Source of the DNA: Clostridia bacterium | GTDB lineage: Bacteria > Bacillota > Clostridia > UBA1212 > UBA1255 | NCBI GenBank assembly: GCA_016287565.1 | Contig: JAEFAM010000005.1 | Coordinates: 11,229-75,228, forward strand | Direction: 5' to 3' | Length of the DNA stretch: 64,000 nt | In this document: positions 61,321-64,000 of the stretch, piece after piece | Numbering within the stretch: position 1 is the stretch's first letter | Layout: each line of letters starts with the position of its first letter | Position numbers and translations under genes: made by a program | Notes under the pieces: generated by a model | Told to the model about the DNA's origin: nothing | Database searches by the model: none | Seen by the model: the letters and a program-made list of their open reading frames with translations, nothing else

Positions 61321-61387
61321 AATTTTCAAAAAATTTGAATATTTTTTCATTTTGGGTATTGACAACGGAACGATCGGGGAGTATTAT
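61321..61387 (+). promoter_or_regulatory. argG promoter with ARG-box-like and CodY-like sites
   Basis: TTGACA(61359)-17-TATTAT(61382); TGAATATTTTTTCA at 61336-61349; AATTTTCAAAAAATT at 61321-61335. Confidence 0.65.
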
Positions 61388-61471
61388 CCGTCACAGATCC
61401 CGGGCCTCGAGGGCGCCGGGACCGGAAAAAAGAAAGCGAAAACGCAAATATATAACGCGGGAGAGAACGAA

Positions 61472-62707
61472 ATGAACAAGAAAGATATCAAAAAAGTAGT
61501 GCTGGCTTATTCGGGCGGACTTGACACGTCCATAATCATCCCCTGGCTTAAAGAGAATTACAACAACTGCGAAGTGATCGCCGTTTCCGGAAACGTGGGA
61601 CAGGCGGACGAACTGGAGGGGCTGGAGGAGAAGGCGCTGAAGACCGGTGCTTCAAAGCTCTACATAGAAGACCTAACGGACGAGTTCGTGAACGAATATA
61701 TAATCCCCACCGTGCAGGCTGGCGCCCTTTATGAGGGATACATGCTGGGCACCTCTTTCGCACGGCCGGTCATCGCCAAACGGATCGTGGAGATCGCTCT
61801 CAAGGAAGGAGCGGACGCCATTGCCCACGGCTGCACCGGAAAAGGCAACGACCAGGTAAGGTTCGAGCTGGCCATAAAGGCGTTTGCCCCGGACATGCCC
61901 GTTATCGCCCCCTGGAGGGAATGGTCCATCAAGTCCAGGGAGGAAGAGATCGACTACGCGGAAGCTCACGACGTTCCTCTTAAGATCAACAGGGAGACCA
62001 ACTATTCCAAAGACAAGAATATGTGGCACCTCTCCCACGAAGGCCTCGACCTGGAAGACGCGGGCAACGAGCCTCAGTACGACAAGCCCGGCTTCCTGGA
62101 GATGAGCGTCTCTCCTTTCCAGGCTCCGGACAAACCCACCTACATAACCCTGGACTTCGAGAAAGGCGTACCCACCGCGCTGGACGGCGTCAAGATGTCG
62201 GCCAAGGACATCATCCTGAAGCTCAACGAGCTGGGCGGCAAGAACGGCATCGGCCTCCTGGACATCATTGAGAACAGGCTGGTGGGAATGAAATGCAGGG
62301 GCGTTTACGAGACTCCCGGCGGAACGATCCTCTACGCGGCCCACAACTACCTGGAGACGCTCACCCTTGACAAGATGACCGCCCACAAGAAGCAGGAGCT
62401 TTCCGTCACCTTCGCGGAACTGGTATACAACGGCCAGTGGTTCACGCCCCTCAGGGAGGCGCTCTCCGCTTTCGTGACTTCCACCCAGCAGAAGGTCACC
62501 GGCACCGTGAAGCTGAAGCTTTACAAAGGCAACATCATCAAGGCCGGCGTGTGGTCGGACAACGCCCTCTATTCCGAAGAACTGGCTACATTCGGCGCGG
62601 ACAACGTTTACAACCAGGCCGACGCCACCGGCTTCATCAACCTTTACGGCCTTCCCATCAAAGTACAGGCCCAGGTGGGTCAGAAATGCAAAAAATGCGA
62701 TAAATAA
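61472..62707 (+). CDS. argG: Argininosuccinate synthase
   Basis: Start MNKKDIKK; [39 protein letters not shown]. Confidence 0.98.
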   Translation: MNKKDIKKVVLAYSGGLDTSIIIPWLKENYNNCEVIAVSGNVGQADELEGLEEKALKTGASKLYIEDLTDEFVNEYIIPTVQAGALYEGYMLGTSFARPVIAKRIVEIALKEGADAIAHGCTGKGNDQVRFELAIKAFAPDMPVIAPWREWSIKSREEEIDYAEAHDVPLKINRETNYSKDKNMWHLSHEGLDLEDAGNEPQYDKPGFLEMSVSPFQAPDKPTYITLDFEKGVPTALDGVKMSAKDIILKLNELGGKNGIGLLDIIENRLVGMKCRGVYETPGGTILYAAHNYLETLTLDKMTAHKKQELSVTFAELVYNGQWFTPLREALSAFVTSTQQKVTGTVKLKLYKGNIIKAGVWSDNALYSEELATFGADNVYNQADATGFINLYGLPIKVQAQVGQKCKKCDK

Positions 62708-62734
62708 CCGTTTTTCCGCTTTTATCGGGACCGG

Positions 62735-62772
62735 CGTGCCGCTATAATATATCTGGCGGCACGTTTGCTTTA
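62735..62772 (+). terminator. Hairpin/terminator between argG and argF
   Basis: CGTGCCGC-13 nt-GCGGCACG-TTTGCTTT. Confidence 0.55.
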
Positions 62773-62847
62773 CGGGCCTCGGAGCGCGGCGGGAACGGCA
62801 GGCAGGGGCGATCGGCACAGGATACGACCGGCACAGGAGACGAGAAA

Positions 62848-63891
62848 ATGAATTTACAGGACCTGAAATACAAACTTGCAAAATTGTCGGGGCTCAGCGG
62901 AAAAAGCTTTTTAAAACTGCTTGACCTCTCCCCCGAAGAGATCGGCGGCCTCATCGACCTGGCCGGGATATTGAAAGAATTAAAAAAAGCCGGGGTGCCC
63001 CACCGGATATGCGAAGGCAAAAACGTTGCCCTCATATTCGAGAAGACCAGCACCAGGACGCGCTGCTCTTTCGAAGTGTCGGCGGCGGATCTGGGGATGC
63101 ACCCGGTGTATCTCGACCCTAAAAGTTCTCAGATCGGTAAGAAGGAGAGCATAGCGGATACGGCCAGGGTGCTGGGCAGGATGTTCGACGGGATCGAGTA
63201 CCGGGGATACGGCCAGGAGATCGTGGAGGAGCTGGCGAAATACGCCAAAGTGCCCGTGTGGAACGGCCTTACCAACGAGTTCCATCCCACCCAGATACTG
63301 GCGGATTTCATGACCATAAAAGAGCATTTCGGCGCCCTTAAGGGCAAAAAGCTGGTATATATGGGAGACGCCAGGTACAATATGGGCAATTCTCTCATGG
63401 TGGGTTCGGCGAAGATGGGGCTTCATTTCACGGCCGCGGCGCCGGAAAAATACCGGCCAGACGCAGGCCTTACGGCGGAATGCAAAAAGATCGCAGCGGA
63501 AACCGGCGGCTCCGTGACGTTCTGCACCGATCCTTACGAGGCGGTCAAAGGCGCGGACGTGATCTATACGGACGTCTGGGTGTCTATGGGAGAGCCCGAA
63601 GAAGTATGGGCTGAAAGGATCGCGGAGCTGTCGCCCTACAGCGTTACCGCTTCCCTGATGGACGCGGCGGGACCTCAATGCAGGTTCATGCACTGCCTCC
63701 CCGCGTTCCACGATCTCAAGACGTCCATAGGCGCGGAGATATATGCAAAATACGGCCTCACGTCAATGGAAGTCACGGACGAGGTGTTCGAGAGCAGCCG
63801 CAGCATCGTGTTCGACGAAGCGGAAAACAGGATGCACACTATAAAGGCGGTAATGGCGGCAACGCTTTCGCCGGCAACGTCCGGAGAGTAA
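62848..63891 (+). CDS. argF: Ornithine carbamoyltransferase
   Basis: [33 protein letters not shown]. Confidence 0.97.
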   Translation: MNLQDLKYKLAKLSGLSGKSFLKLLDLSPEEIGGLIDLAGILKELKKAGVPHRICEGKNVALIFEKTSTRTRCSFEVSAADLGMHPVYLDPKSSQIGKKESIADTARVLGRMFDGIEYRGYGQEIVEELAKYAKVPVWNGLTNEFHPTQILADFMTIKEHFGALKGKKLVYMGDARYNMGNSLMVGSAKMGLHFTAAAPEKYRPDAGLTAECKKIAAETGGSVTFCTDPYEAVKGADVIYTDVWVSMGEPEEVWAERIAELSPYSVTASLMDAAGPQCRFMHCLPAFHDLKTSIGAEIYAKYGLTSMEVTDEVFESSRSIVFDEAENRMHTIKAVMAATLSPATSGE

Positions 63892-63915
63892 TGATCAACT
63901 ACGGCGGAGAGGACA

Positions 63916-64000
63916 ATGGCAGCGGCATATCTGGTATTGCAAAACGGAATGATCTTTAAAGGAGAACGGTTCGGCTCGGAGCGCGACAGCATCGGAGAAC
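63916..64000 (+). CDS. carA: Carbamoyl-phosphate synthase small subunit (5' fragment, runs off the window)
   Basis: After GGAGAGG: MAAAYLVLQNGMIFKGERFGSERDSIGE matches the CarA N-terminus (A.LVL.NG..F.G..FG.....GE); follows argF. Confidence 0.8.
   Translation, partial: MAAAYLVLQNGMIFKGERFGSERDSIGE

Noticed and set aside
60983-61471. Long N-terminal extension of ArgG (likewise 21925-22377 for DUF4838 and 32084-32164 for pfk)
   Set aside because: ORF-caller extension through promoter or intergenic DNA; RBS and homology begin at the downstream ATG

Overview
A GC-rich, mostly housekeeping chromosomal region that looks like a Clostridia-type Firmicute (Firmicutes-type SigA, tmcAL, RNase J, WhiA, HelD, TTGACA-17-TATAAT promoters). 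The order is: galK; a long minus-strand run (trpS-uvrB-uvrA-clpE-like-helD-whiA, then comEC-holA-rsmE-clpC-radA-DJ-1); DUF4838 protein and M42 peptidase; radical SAM/LMW-PTP/MATE; DUF1287 lipoprotein plus a DD-carboxypeptidase homologue; fba and PPi-type pfk; a 1011-aa unknown lipoprotein; rnj-tmcAL-prfC-XRE; tRNA-Gln(CTG) followed by a REP-like hairpin array; glpK-hydrolase-SGNH; an ECF sigma/anti-sigma pair; flavodoxin plus two TrmH methyltransferases; dnaG followed by two tandem RpoD/SigA-like genes; a metallophosphoesterase; argG-argF-carA (partial). No transposase, integrase, prophage, rRNA or CRISPR array was seen. The most unusual observations are: (1) the tandem primary-sigma pair, which shares non-canonical residues but differs in region 2.4, with the first copy carrying a ~370-aa Ala/Lys/Glu/Pro-rich extension; (2) proteins with degenerate catalytic motifs (DacA-like lacking SxxK/SxN/KTG, ClpC with an altered D1 ATPase site); (3) the ATGATG-hairpin array after the tRNA; (4) perfect palindromes and short tandem repeats at promoter or gene-junction positions. 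All calls come from motif recognition by eye; no database searches were run.
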